From Heterodontus francisci (Eukaryota): 64,000 nt of DNA. The translations under genes were made by a program, and so were the position numbers. Location of the stretch: assembly GCF_036365525.1 (NCBI RefSeq), contig NC_090399.1, positions 67,078,862 through 67,142,861 on the forward strand. Direction: 5' to 3'. Positions within the stretch are counted from its first letter, which is position 1, and each line of letters starts with the position of its first letter. The notes under the pieces were generated by a model. That model was given only the letters and a program-made list of their open reading frames with translations. It searched no databases and was not told the DNA's origin. Of this stretch, positions 26,166 to 37,577 are shown piece by piece.

Positions 26166-27113
26166 TCCCTTGACGATCTAAAGAGGTAGCAAAACTCCTC
26201 CGAGAACACATCACACGTCAACTAACTCGGCACGAGCAGAGTTAAGTCAAAACCCCCTCACCTGTAAGTTGCAGGGGAAGGGGTGGTGGGGGGGGGGGGG
26301 GGGGGGGTTCCTCGTACAGCTGAACCCATGTGATTATGACAGGGTGTTAACTGGACCTGTGTGCTCCAAAATGGCAGACCATGTGGCAAATCATTGCCGT
26401 GAACATCTGCCCAATTCTGCACACTTATATTGAACACACATCCGTCAGAACGCGCCATGCAGAGCTTCTGTAGCACTGGCACCTGCAGTGTTACCGAAAC
26501 CAATTTCATGGGAATTTTATCTGCACCGTTACGACGCTGGATCTTATTGTTACACAGGGGATGATACAAGCTGAAATAACAGGTCTAAACAAACCATCTA
26601 CAGCAACAATCATCACACATTGTTCACACTCCCTTCACAAAGTGAACCTGTTCATATCTTCTACTTGACCACATTCACTCTGAGATAGATCAGCCAGTTC
26701 GTCCCAGTCAGTGCAGATCCTTTTCCTTCACTGAAACTGCTTGTACAACCTCCTGTCTCAAACTGACCCAGTTTACAAACCTATTGTGATGTCTCATCTC
26801 ACTGTGAGGGTCAGTGTGAGGGTCAGGCTTGTCCTGTGATCACAGGCTTTGAGCTGTCCAGTTAAAGGGGCCTCAGCTTGGGCTGCTTGGCTTTGAATCG
26901 AACCTTGTTTTTTTTTTCCTTTATTTTTGATTCCTAATCAGAGAGCAGCCAACCCCATTTTTTTTTCTTTTTTGTTTTCCAAGGTGGCTTTTATACCCCA
27001 GGCCCCTTTTATATTTTTCATGTCAAGGGGGCCTTTATTCCTCAGGCCCCCTTTATATACATAATTAAATTTTTTAAATAACTTTATTAAAAACAGATAA
27101 ATAAACAGAAAAC

Positions 27114-30100
27114 TCAAATTAAAATGCCATTCTCGGCGTCGACAATGCACTCCAGTCCCTGCGGTGCCCACCGGTCGCGGAAGGCCTCAACCGTACCGGC
27201 GGACACCGCATGCTCGTTCTCCAGGGACACCCGGGCGCGAACGGAACCGCGGAAGAGGGGCAGGCAATCGGGGAGGGCGGACCCCCCTGATGGCCCGCAA
27301 CCTGGACCTGTTAATTGCCACCTTGGCCTGGCCCAGAAGCAGACCGACGAGCAGATCCTCCTCCCATCCCATGCACTCCCTCACCGGGTGCCCAAAGATC
27401 AGGAGCGTGGGACTGAAGTACAGCCAGAACTTGAGGAGCAGCCCCTTCAAATACTCAAAGAGGGGCTGCAACCTCGCACACTCCGTATAAACGTGGAACA
27501 CAGACTCGTCCAGGCCGCAGAAAGTACAGGTGGCCTGGGAGTCCATGAAAAGTCTATTGCACGGGACTGCCCTGTGCAACACCCTCCACCCCAGGTCCCC
27601 AAAGTAAAGGGGGAGGACTCCCGCGTAGAGAGACCTCCATCGGGGTTTCCCCTCGCCGCCAGATGGTAACGCGGTCCGCCAGGGCATGTCTGGCCGGCTG
27701 ACGAGGGCCAGGAAGTGGAGAGTGTGTAGTAGCAGCCCGTACAGGAAACCCCTCCGCACCGATTGGAATGGCATGGAGGGCATTTCCGAAAGGCGGCTCG
27801 GGTTGTGCGGCACCGGCTCCCGAGGAGGGTTTCGGGGCCTGGGTTCGATGAGCAGTGAGGGGCCACCCGCAGTGAGGGGCGTCCCGGGGACTTCGGCTAC
27901 TCCTCCGCCCGCCGGTCCGACCCGGAGTCGGCCGCCCGGACAGCCGAGGCGCTCTCCTCCGCCGGCGGGGGAGCGCCCTGACTGGAGGCGACCATGTTCC
28001 AGACTCGGAAAAGATCCCGGTAAAAGACAGGCAACTCCCTCAGAGAGGCGCGGCTAATGGACTCCGCCGGGAGCTGCGTGTCGTCTTGAAGGCAGTGACA
28101 CTGGCGGAAAAAATACGTCTCCAGCGCACACCATCTAGGAGGACGCTCGACGTACAGGTATCTCTGCAGGGTCCGAAGGCGGAGAGTCGTAGCCGGGGTG
28201 AGGACGCACACCAGCGACTGGCCGCCCTCCTCAATCGGGAGACTCAGGACCGCGGCTGAGACCCAGTGTTTCCTCTTGCCCCAGAAGAAATTGACAAGCT
28301 TCTTCTGGATCTTGGTGGCAAATACAGGGAGCGGGGCCAAAGTGACCAACCGGTACCACAACATGGAGGCCACCAGTTGGTTTATGACCAGCGCTCGGCC
28401 CCTGTAGGAAAGCACTTGGAGCAGTCCTGTCCAGCGCCCCAGCCGAGTGGTGACTTTTGCCTCCAACTCCTGCCAGGCTTCCTCAGCGGGGCTAAGGTGG
28501 ACTCCCAGATAGAGGAGGTGCATGGTGCTCCACTCAAAAGGTGTCATCTCCTCCGGCAGGGAGTCCACCCGCCACTGACCCACCAGGAGTCCGGAACATT
28601 TTTCCCAATTGATCTTCGCGGAGAAAAGGTCTGCTGGCAGTCGCGCATCCTCCGCAAGTCAACGGGATCTGTGACCGCGAGGAGCACGTCGTCGGCGTAA
28701 GCCGAGAGGACGACCCGCATGGCCAGCTCGCGCAGAGCCAATCCCGTCAACCTCCTGCGAAGCAGGCACAGGAAGGCCTCCACGCAGATGGTATACAATT
28801 GGCCGGACATGGGGCATCCCTGACGCACTCCTCTCCCAAAGCGAAGGGGCACCGTCAAGGCGTTAACCTTGATTGGACACTCTGCGGCGGCGTATAAAAG
28901 TCGGACCCGGGCCACTAAATGCGGCCCGAGTCCGAAAGCGCGCAGAGTCCCGAAAAGGTATTCGTGATCCAACCTGTCGAACGCCGTCTCCTGATCGAGG
29001 GAGAGAAAGGCGACCGACTGACCAGTCCTCTGGGAAAGATGGATCAGGTCCCGGACCAGGTGGATGTTGTCCTGGATGGCCAGGACCGTGTAAGACTGGT
29101 CAGGGTGGATCATGTGGGCCAGCACGGAGCCCAGGCGGGTAGACATAGCCCGGGCAAAGATCTTATAATCTGTGCTGAGGAGGGAGACCGGACGCCAGTT
29201 TTTAAGCAGGTGGAGATCGCCCCTCTTCAGCAGCAGGACGAAGACCGCCCTGCGCCACGAGAGGGGCATCTCCCCGGTCGCCAGGCTTTCCCCCAGGACC
29301 TGTGCGTAATCTTCCCCCAGGACGTCCCAGAACGCCCTGAGGAACTCCACGGTCAACCCATCCAGCCCTGGGGATTTGCCCCTCGAGAGCTGGTGGAGGG
29401 CGCCAGTCAGCTCCGCCAACGTGAGCGGAGCCTCCAATCCTTCGGCGCCCTCCGGGCTGACCAGCGGCAGGTCCTCCCACAAAACTCTGCGCGCATCCTC
29501 GCTGGACGGATTCGGAGAGAACAATGCACTGTAATAAGTACGGATCAGGAGGCCCATTCCCTTGGATCTGTGATGGAGGATCCGTCGTCGGCCAGCAGCT
29601 CGATGAGCTGCTTACGGACCCCCCGCCATTTTTCCAGCGTGTAGAAGAAGGGTGAGGCGCGGTCCAAATTTTCCAGGATCTGGATCCGCGACCTCACGTA
29701 CGCGCCTCGGGACCCTATGAGCTGCAGGTCCCTCAGCGCGCCCTTCTTCTCTTTGTACACCTGCCACAGGGCCGGGTCCACGACGGCATGACCGAGGCGG
29801 GACTCCAAGTCGAGCACCTCCCTCTCAAGGCGCCCGATCGCGGCCTCCCGCCTCTTGGTCGACCCCTTCGCGTACTCCTGACAGAAGACGCGGATGTGAG
29901 TCTTGCCCACATCCCACCATAGCCTCAAGGAGGGGAAGCCCCCCTGCTTCCTACTCCAGTCGGCCCAGAATCGACGGAACGAGTCCCGAAATCCTTCGTC
30001 CTCCAGCAGCCGGTTGTTAAAGTGCCAGTACACGGACCCCGCCCGCGTGCAGAGCGGAGTGGACCCCGCCCGCGTGCGGAGCGGAGTAAACTCCGCCCAC

Positions 30101-30788
30101 ATCAGGTGGTGGTCCGAGCACGGCACCAGCCGCATGGAGGCCGCCGAGATACGGGAGACGTACGCTTGCGAAAAGTAGAGGCAGTCGATTCAGGACCCTC
30201 CTCCTCCAGACCTCCATGTGAAGGCGCTGGAGTTGAGATGGAGATTCCGCCAGATGTCCACCAAGTTGAGGGAGCAGATCAGTTTACTCAACTTCTCCAC
30301 CGATGTCTGGCCCCGCTGGGGACCGGAGCGATCCCCCACCTCGAGGGTGTTTTTAAAATCCCCCCCCCGAGGATAATGCACTCGCCGCTATCGATGGAGC
30401 TCAAGAGAGCGGACACTTCTTCAAAGAAGCGCGCTTGCAACGCGCCAGGCCTGGGCGCGTACACGTTCACAAAGTGGAGCGGCATGCTACCCAGGCGAAC
30501 GGCGAGGTGGAGCAAGCGGCTCGGCACTAGCTCCTTGACCCCCAAGATCTCCGGCTGAAAAGTCGGGGCCAACAAGATAGCCACCCCAGTAGAAATAGGG
30601 GTGAGGTGACTCATGTAGACCCCACCCTGCCACTCCAGGAGCCAGGTAGCTTCGTCTCCCGGAACGGTGTGGGTTTCCTGCAGAAAGCTCACCGCGTATC
30701 TCCCTTCCCTGAGGACTGAGAGATTGTGAAATCTGCGGTGAGACCCCCTGCTGCCGTTGATGTTGAGGCTGGCTATGGTTATCTTCAT
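27114..30788 (-). pseudogene. Tx1 ORF2 (APE endonuclease-reverse transcriptase), frameshifted
   Basis: MKITIASLNINGSRG..FLQETH, SDHH, WHFNNRLL, KSPGLDGLTVEF, WRPVSLLSTDYKI, GVRQGCPMS, YADD, CTFCGLDESVFHVYTEC, spread over several frames. Confidence 0.92.
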
Positions 30789-30820
30789 GTCAAAGGTACT
30801 TAAAACCCGTCACCAACACC

Positions 30821-32858
30821 TCACTGTGAGGAGGGATTGGAAGTGCACCTGGCCTTCCACTCCCCCAGCAACCCATTGAGGAACACATTAAAACGGCGCC
30901 TCTCAACCAGTTTCACGTCCGTGCCCTTGCCCGCTTTCTTGAGGGCGGCACGGACGGACTGAATGATTAGCGCCAGACATGAGCAACGGCTGAGGGCCAG
31001 CTGAACTTTATTGCGGCAACTCCTGCATGCCGCGTGGAAATCCCGGAGTTCTGCCGTGGGGATGAGAGGAGACTCGGTGGGAGGAACGAGGGACTCCACC
31101 ACCTCACTGGCGATGGAATCAAGGTCATCCTCCGTGCCCCACACCGAATCCCCATCCTCCTCCGGAGGTCATCACGGCCAGCGGCCGACCCACCCACCAC
31201 ACACTGTGGGACGGAAGTCCCGGCCGCGCCAATTGGTCCCGCCTCCGTCACGATCCCACCCCCAGGATCGATGGCGGAGGAGTCCTTTCTGGGTTCTACT
31301 GTGAAACTGGTGTCTGTGGGCGGCAGCGGTTCAGGACCCCCCTCCACCTCCGTCCCCAGGCCAATGAGCGGTCCAGGGGAGACAGAAGTTCACGACTCCG
31401 GAAATCCAGCCGGAGCCGAGACCGGAGGCGGAGACAGCATCCACAGGCCCAGCAGATGGGGCAGCATTTTCAGCTATAACCAGGTCGGGTGTCTCCTGGT
31501 TGTCAGTGGTTTCTGGCTGGGAGGGTCGACCCTTTGGGGACTCGTCCTCCCCTCCACTCAGGGCACCCGACCCAATGGCAAAATGGGAGGCTTCTCCAGA
31601 AGCATCCCCAGACTCCCCCACCACAATTAGGGCTTTACTTGCTCCCACAGGAGGGGCTGCATGTAGAGGAGCCTCCCCCTCCCCTCCATCCTGAGGAATA
31701 GGGAGCTCCTGCCCAGACTTTGCAGCCTTGATGGTGGTGGTGGCAGGGAGAACCTGGGGACCTGAAATAGGAGACAGCTCCCCTCCAACAGATGGGCCCT
31801 GCACCTCAGGGCCCTGTGTTACCTCTGTGGAGCGGTGCCTTCTCCTCTTTTTCCCGCTAGGGCGCAGAGGCTCAGAGACCTCCATGCCATCAGAGGCCTC
31901 CGCCTCCGTCTCCGTACCCTCCTTTTTTTTAGTTACTCTGGGCCTGAGACCAGCCCTGGGACAGGTGGAATCTCATTGGAGCAGGCCTTGGGCTGAACCC
32001 AGGCTCGGGTTGTGTCATGGCGTCCAGGGGACGAGCCTCTCGGTGTTTACTTTTCCTCCGCGCCTTCCTTCCACTTGGACGGGCACTGCCCTCCCCGCTG
32101 GAGGCTGTGAAAACCACAGCCTCTGGAACCGACTGAGTGATGTATGTTGGATGTGAGGGGGGAGTGGGAGGAGGTGCAGTGGCGCCACTCTGGGCCGCCG
32201 AGGTGGAACTGGCGGCCGGGAGGTTGGGGCAGTTCTTACGAACATGCCTCACCCCCTTGCAGACGTGGCACCGCGCACCGTCCGAGGTCCAAAGGACGCG
32301 GTAGGCCGTCCCCTGGAACTCCACACTGAAGTGGCCCTCCAAGACCTCCTCCCGCACCAGCTGCATAAATACCTGGCGGCGGAAGGAGTAGACATGTCGG
32401 AGGCTGTGCTCCCGAAGACCGAGCGGGACTGGGGTGATCCCTGACCTCACCTCCCCCAGATGGTGCAGGTGGGGGAGGAGAAGCTCACTGGGAATGAAGG
32501 GAAGGATGTTTGATAACATTATCCGCTGTGCAGTGGCCCCCAGAGAGTCCACCGGCAGGAAAGTCCCACCCACAGTGAGCCCTTTACTCAGGGCCAGGGA
32601 CACGGCCCACTCGGTCTTCAGGAAGAACACAGCCTTCACACAGTACATTTTTGAGGCTGCCACAATGGCCGAGGGGCCGACAACCTCGGCCATCGCCTTT
32701 ACACAGGCCTCTATAGACATATTGGGGTGGGGATAGCTCTTTACCTCATGACTCGAAGTAATTAATTTGAAAGGTGACGGGGTCACATGGGTGGCCACAG
32801 AGGCTACAGCCGCATAGTTATGAGAGGGCCCCGCCACCGGTGATGATGGGCTTGCCAT
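30821..32858 (-). pseudogene. Tx1 ORF1 (gag-like nucleic-acid-binding protein), frameshifted
   Basis: MASPSS..VGPSAIVAASKM..AVFFL..SNILPFI..SFRRQVFM; CX2CX4HX4C knuckle CHVCKGVRHVRKNC; ends 32 bp before the ORF2 ATG. Confidence 0.88.
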
Positions 32859-33530
32859 GGCTCAAGAGCCAAACCCACCCCAAAATTGTGGGCTTGCACA
32901 CTGAACAACAAAAGATTCACAGAAGATATTGAATATGTATTAAAAAAAAACAAACAACAGGTTAGGGGAGAGGCTGAGGGAATAGAGGAGAGGTAACGAC
33001 AGATGGTAAGGGATGACTTGCTTTTTGGAGGTGGTGCTCACAGCACACTTGAAACAGTCTTTGCACTTGGTCTTCCAGTCTTCTGGTTGGGGGAGGCGTC
33101 TTCACCTGGGTCAGCTGAAGCTGCCCAGACACTATCTATCACCTTCCAACTGTTTAGCCAGGCAGCTTCAGCTGACCCAGGCTGGGCAATTGGGGTGGGG
33201 AGGGAGCTTCCCTGTGTGCTTGTTGCAGCAGCACAGATTCCTGCTGAATTGGCAGCCCCACCCCTTGATGTTCTGGGCACTTGTTCCTCCCCCAGCAGTC
33301 CAAAGTAAATTACTGGTGTTCAGCAAACACCTCCAGACAAAGCCTTGTTTCCAACAAAAAGTATCTCTTTCTTCTCTTTAATGGTGATTGTTGTTGAAGC
33401 TTTCCCTCTGCTTGGTTGTAACTGCTATCCCTTGCTCAGTGCAGCTCCTTCTCTCCACCTCCGCCACCAGCAGTCTCAGCTGAGGCTCGTTGCTGCAATC
33501 AGCAGTCAACACTTGAATTAGCCAGCAGCC

Positions 33531-33606
33531 AACCCATGATGCGTATGCCCGAGGAGTGTTTGATGGGGACAGTTTAGAGGGAGCTTTATTCTGTATCTAA
33601 CCCCCG
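33531..33606. repeat. Single (partly degenerate) monomer of the ~70-bp minisatellite separating the two Tx1 copies
   Basis: GGAGTGTTTGATGGGGACAGTTTAGAGGGAGCTTTATTCTGTATCTAACCCCCG matches the units at 40235-40520. Confidence 0.88.
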
Positions 33607-33847
33607 TTTTTTTTTCAAAGGTTTTTGCAGTTTCTCCTCAGCTCTCCCTCTCCAGCAGCACCTCCAGCAACTGACTGCAGCACTGTCAGCTGCACCTTGT
33701 TGCTGCACTCAACATTCAGAGAGCAGCGAACCCCATTTTTAAAAATATTTTTCACGTCGACGGGGCCTTTATTCATCAGGCCCCCTTTATATACATATTC
33801 ACAGTTTTAAAATAACTTTATTAAAACCAGATAAATAAACAAAAAAC

Positions 33848-36800
33848 TCAAATTAAAATGCCATTCTCGGCGGCGACGATGCACTCCAGTCCCTGTGGTG
33901 CCCACCGGTCGCGGAAGGCCTCAAACGTACCGGCGGACACCGCATGCTCCTTCTCCAGGGACACCCGGGCGCGAACGTAACCACGGAAGAGGGGCAGGCA
34001 ATCGGGGAGGACGGACCCCCCGACGGCCCGCAACCTGGACCTGTGAATTGCCACCTTGGCCAGGCCCAGGAGCAGACCGACGAGGAGATCCTCCTCCCGG
34101 CCCAAGCCCCTCCGCACCGGGTGCCCAAAGATCAGGAGCGTGGGACTGAATTGCAGCCAGAATTTGAGGAGCAGCCCCTTCAGATACTCAAATAGGGGCT
34201 GCAACCTCGCACATTCCGTATAAATGTGAAACACGGACTCGTCCTGGCCGCAGAAAGTACAGGCAGCCTGGGAGTCCGTGAACCTACTTAAAAGCCTATT
34301 GAACGGGACTGCTCTGTGCAGCATCCTCCACCCCAGGTCCCCGATGTAAAGGGGGAAGACTCCCGCATAGGGAGACCTCCATCGGGGTTTCCCCTCGCCG
34401 CCAGATGGCAACGCGAACCACCAGGGCGTGTCCGGCCGGCTGACGAGGGCGAGGAAGTGGAGAGTGTGCAGGAGCAGCCCGTACAGGAAACCCCTCCGCT
34501 CCAATTGGAATGGCACAGAGGGCATTTCCGAGAGGCGGCTCAGGTTGTGCGGGACCGGCTCCCAAGGAGGGTTTCGGGGCCTGGGTCCGATGAGCAGTTC
34601 CGGCCGAGCGGGTGTCAGCTCGGCCGGGATCGCTCCACACTCCCGAGCCCCTTCGCCACCCGCAGTGAGGGGCGTCCCACGGGTTTCGGCCAGTCCTCCG
34701 CCTGCCGGACCGTCCCCGGAGTCGGCCGCCCGGACAGCCGAGGCGCTCTCCTCCGCCGGCGGGGGAGCGCCCTGACTGGAGGCGACCATGTTCCAGACTC
34801 TGAATAGTTCCCGGTAAAAGACAGGCAACTCCCTCAGAGAAGCGCAGCTAATGGACTCCACCGGGAGCTGCGTGTCGTCTTGAAGGCAGAGACACTGGCG
34901 GAAAAAATACGTCTCCAGCGCACACCATCTGGGAGGACGCTCGACGTACAGGTATCTCTGCAGGGTCCGAAGGCAGAGAGTCGCAGCGTGGGTGCGGACA
35001 CACACCAGCGACTGGCCGCCCTCCTCCATCGGGAGACTCAGGACCGCGGCAGAGACCCAGCGTTTCCTCTTGCCCCAGAAGAAATCGACGAGTTTCTTCT
35101 GGATCTTGGTGGCGAATACAGGGGGCGGGGCCAAAGTGACCAACCAGTACCACAGCATGGAGGCCACCAGTTGGTTTATGACCAACGCTCGGCCCCTGTA
35201 GGAAAGCACTCGGAGCAGTCCTGTCCAGCGCCCCAGCCGAGCGGTGACTTTCGCCTCCAACTCCTGCCAGTTTGCCGGCCAGGCTTCCTCAGTGGGGCTA
35301 AGGTGGACTCCCAGATAGAGGAGGTGCGTGGTGCTCCACGCAAAAGGTGTCATCTCCTCCAGCAGGGAATCCACCCGCCATTGACCCACTAGGAGTCCGG
35401 AACATTTCTCCCAATTGATCCTCGCAGAGGACGCGGCAGAAAAGGTCTGCTGGCAGTCGCGCATCCTCCGCAAGTCAACAGGATCTGTGATTGCGAGGAG
35501 CACGTCGTCGGCGTAAGCCGTGAGGACGACCCGCATGGCCGGCTCGCTCAGAGCCAATCCCGTCAACTTCCTGCGAAGCAGGCACAGGAAGGGCTCCACG
35601 CAGATGGTACACAATTGGCCGGACATGGGGCATCCCTGACGCACTCCTCTCCCAAAGCGAAGGGGCACCGTCAAGGATTCATTAACTTTGACTAGACACT
35701 CTGCGGCGGCGTATAAAAGTCGGACCCGGGCCACGAGTCCGAAAGCGCGCAGAGTCCCGAAAAGGTATTCGTGATCCACCCTGTCGAACGCATTCTCCTG
35801 ATCGAGGGAGAGAAAGGCGACCGACTGACCAGTCCTCTGGGAAAGATGGATCAGGTCCCGGACCAGGTGGATGTTGTCTTGGATGGGATGGACCGGCCCG
35901 GGACCATGTAGGACTGGTCGGGGTGGATCATGTGGGCCAGCACGGAGCCCAGGCGGGTAGACATAGCCCGGGCAAAGATCTTATAATCCGTGCTGAGGAG
36001 GGAGACCGGAAGCCAGTTTTTAATCAGGCGGAGATTGCCCCTCTTCAGCAGCAGGACGATGACCGCCAGGCTTTCCCCCAGGACCCGTGAGTAATCGTCC
36101 CCCAGGATGTCCCAGAATGCCCTGAGGAACTCCACGGTCAACCCATCCAGCCCTGGGGATTTGCCCCTCGAGAGCTGGTGGAGGGCACCAGTCAGCTCCG
36201 CCAATATGAGCGGAGCCTCCAATCCTTCGGCGCCCTCCGGGCTGACCTGCGGCAGGTCCTCCCACAAAACTCTGCGCGCATCCTCTCTGGACGGATCCAG
36301 AGAGAACGCACTGTAATAAGTACGGAACAGGAGGCCCATTCCCTCCGGATCCGTGATGGAGGATCCGTCGTCGGCCAGCAGCTCAATGAGCTGCTTACGG
36401 ACCCCCCGCCATTTTTCCAGCAAGTAGAAGAAGGGTGAGGTGCGGTCCAAATCTTCCAGGATCTGGATCCGTGACCTCACGTACGGGCCTCAGGACCCTA
36501 TGAGCTGCAGGTTCACTCAGCGCGCCCTTCTCTTTGTACACCTGCCACAGGGCCGGGTCCACGACGGCATGACCGAGGCAGGACTCCAAGTCGAGCACCA
36601 CCCTCTCTCGGCGCCCGATCTCGGCTTCCGGCCTCTTGGTCGACCCCTTTGCGTACTCCTGACAGAAGACGCGGGTGTGAGTCTTGCCCACATCCCACCA
36701 TAGCCTCAAGGAGGGGAAGCCCCCCTGCTTCCTTCTCCAGTCGGCCCAGAATCGACAGAACGAGTCCCGAAATCGCTCGTCCTCCAGAAGTTGGTTGTTA

Positions 36801-37545
36801 AAGTGCCAGTAAGCGGACCCCGCCCGCGTGCGGAGCGGAGTGAACTCCGCCCACACCAGGTGGTGGTCCGAGCACGGCACCAGCCGCATGGAGGCCGCCG
36901 AGACGTGGGAGACGTACGCCTGCGAAAAGTAGAGGCGGTCGATTCGCGACCCCCCTCCTCCAGACCTCCACGTGAAGGCGCTGGAGTCGGGATGGAGATT
37001 CCGCCAGACGTCCACCAAGTTAAGGGAGCTGATCAGTCCTCTCAACCTCTCCACCGACGCTTGGCCGCGCTGGGGACCGGAGCGATCCCCCACCTCGAGG
37101 GTGCAGTTAAAATCCCCCCCGAGGATGATGCACTCGCCGCTTTCGATGGAGCTCAAGAGAGCGGACACTTCTTCAAAGAAGCGCGCTTGCAACGGGCCGG
37201 GCCGGGCCTGGGCGCGTACACGTTCACAAAGTGGAGCGGCACGCTACCCAGGCGAACGGCGAGGTGGAGCAAGCGGCCCGGCACTAGCTCCTTGACCCCC
37301 AAGATCTCCGGCTGAAAAGTCGGGGCCAACAAGATAGCCACCGCACTAGAAATAGGGGTGAGGTGACGCATGTAGACCCCACCCTGCCACTCCAGGAGCC
37401 AGGTGGCTTCGTCTCCCGCAACGGTGTGGGTTTCCTGCAGAAAGCTCACCGCGTATCTCCCTTCCCTAAGGACTGAGAGATTGTGAAATCTGCGGTGAGA
37501 CCCCCTGCTGCCGTTGATGTTGAGGCTGGCTGTGGTTATCTTCAT
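33848..37545 (-). pseudogene. Tx1 ORF2 (APE-RT-Zn), frameshifted; C-terminal 643 aa uninterrupted
   Basis: MKITTASLNING, GGDFN, SRIDRLY, SDHH, YADD, YLGV, CTFCGQDESVFHIYTEC. Confidence 0.93.
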
Positions 37546-37577
37546 GTCAAAGGTACTTAAAACCCGTCACCAACAGC

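Larger units (their letters stand above)
26908..33536 (-). mobile_element. L1/Tx1-clade non-LTR retrotransposon, full-length decayed copy 1
   Basis: 5'UTR, ORF1 with CCHC knuckle, ORF2 with APE+RT+Zn motif, 3'UTR with AATAAA and poly(A) (T-runs 26908-26917 and 26958-26966 on +). Confidence 0.93.

Noticed and set aside
26480-26520. Possible Harbinger terminal inverted repeat (CCAATTTCATGGG)
   Set aside because: The partner end is not in the window and there is no clear TWA TSD, so it cannot be supported
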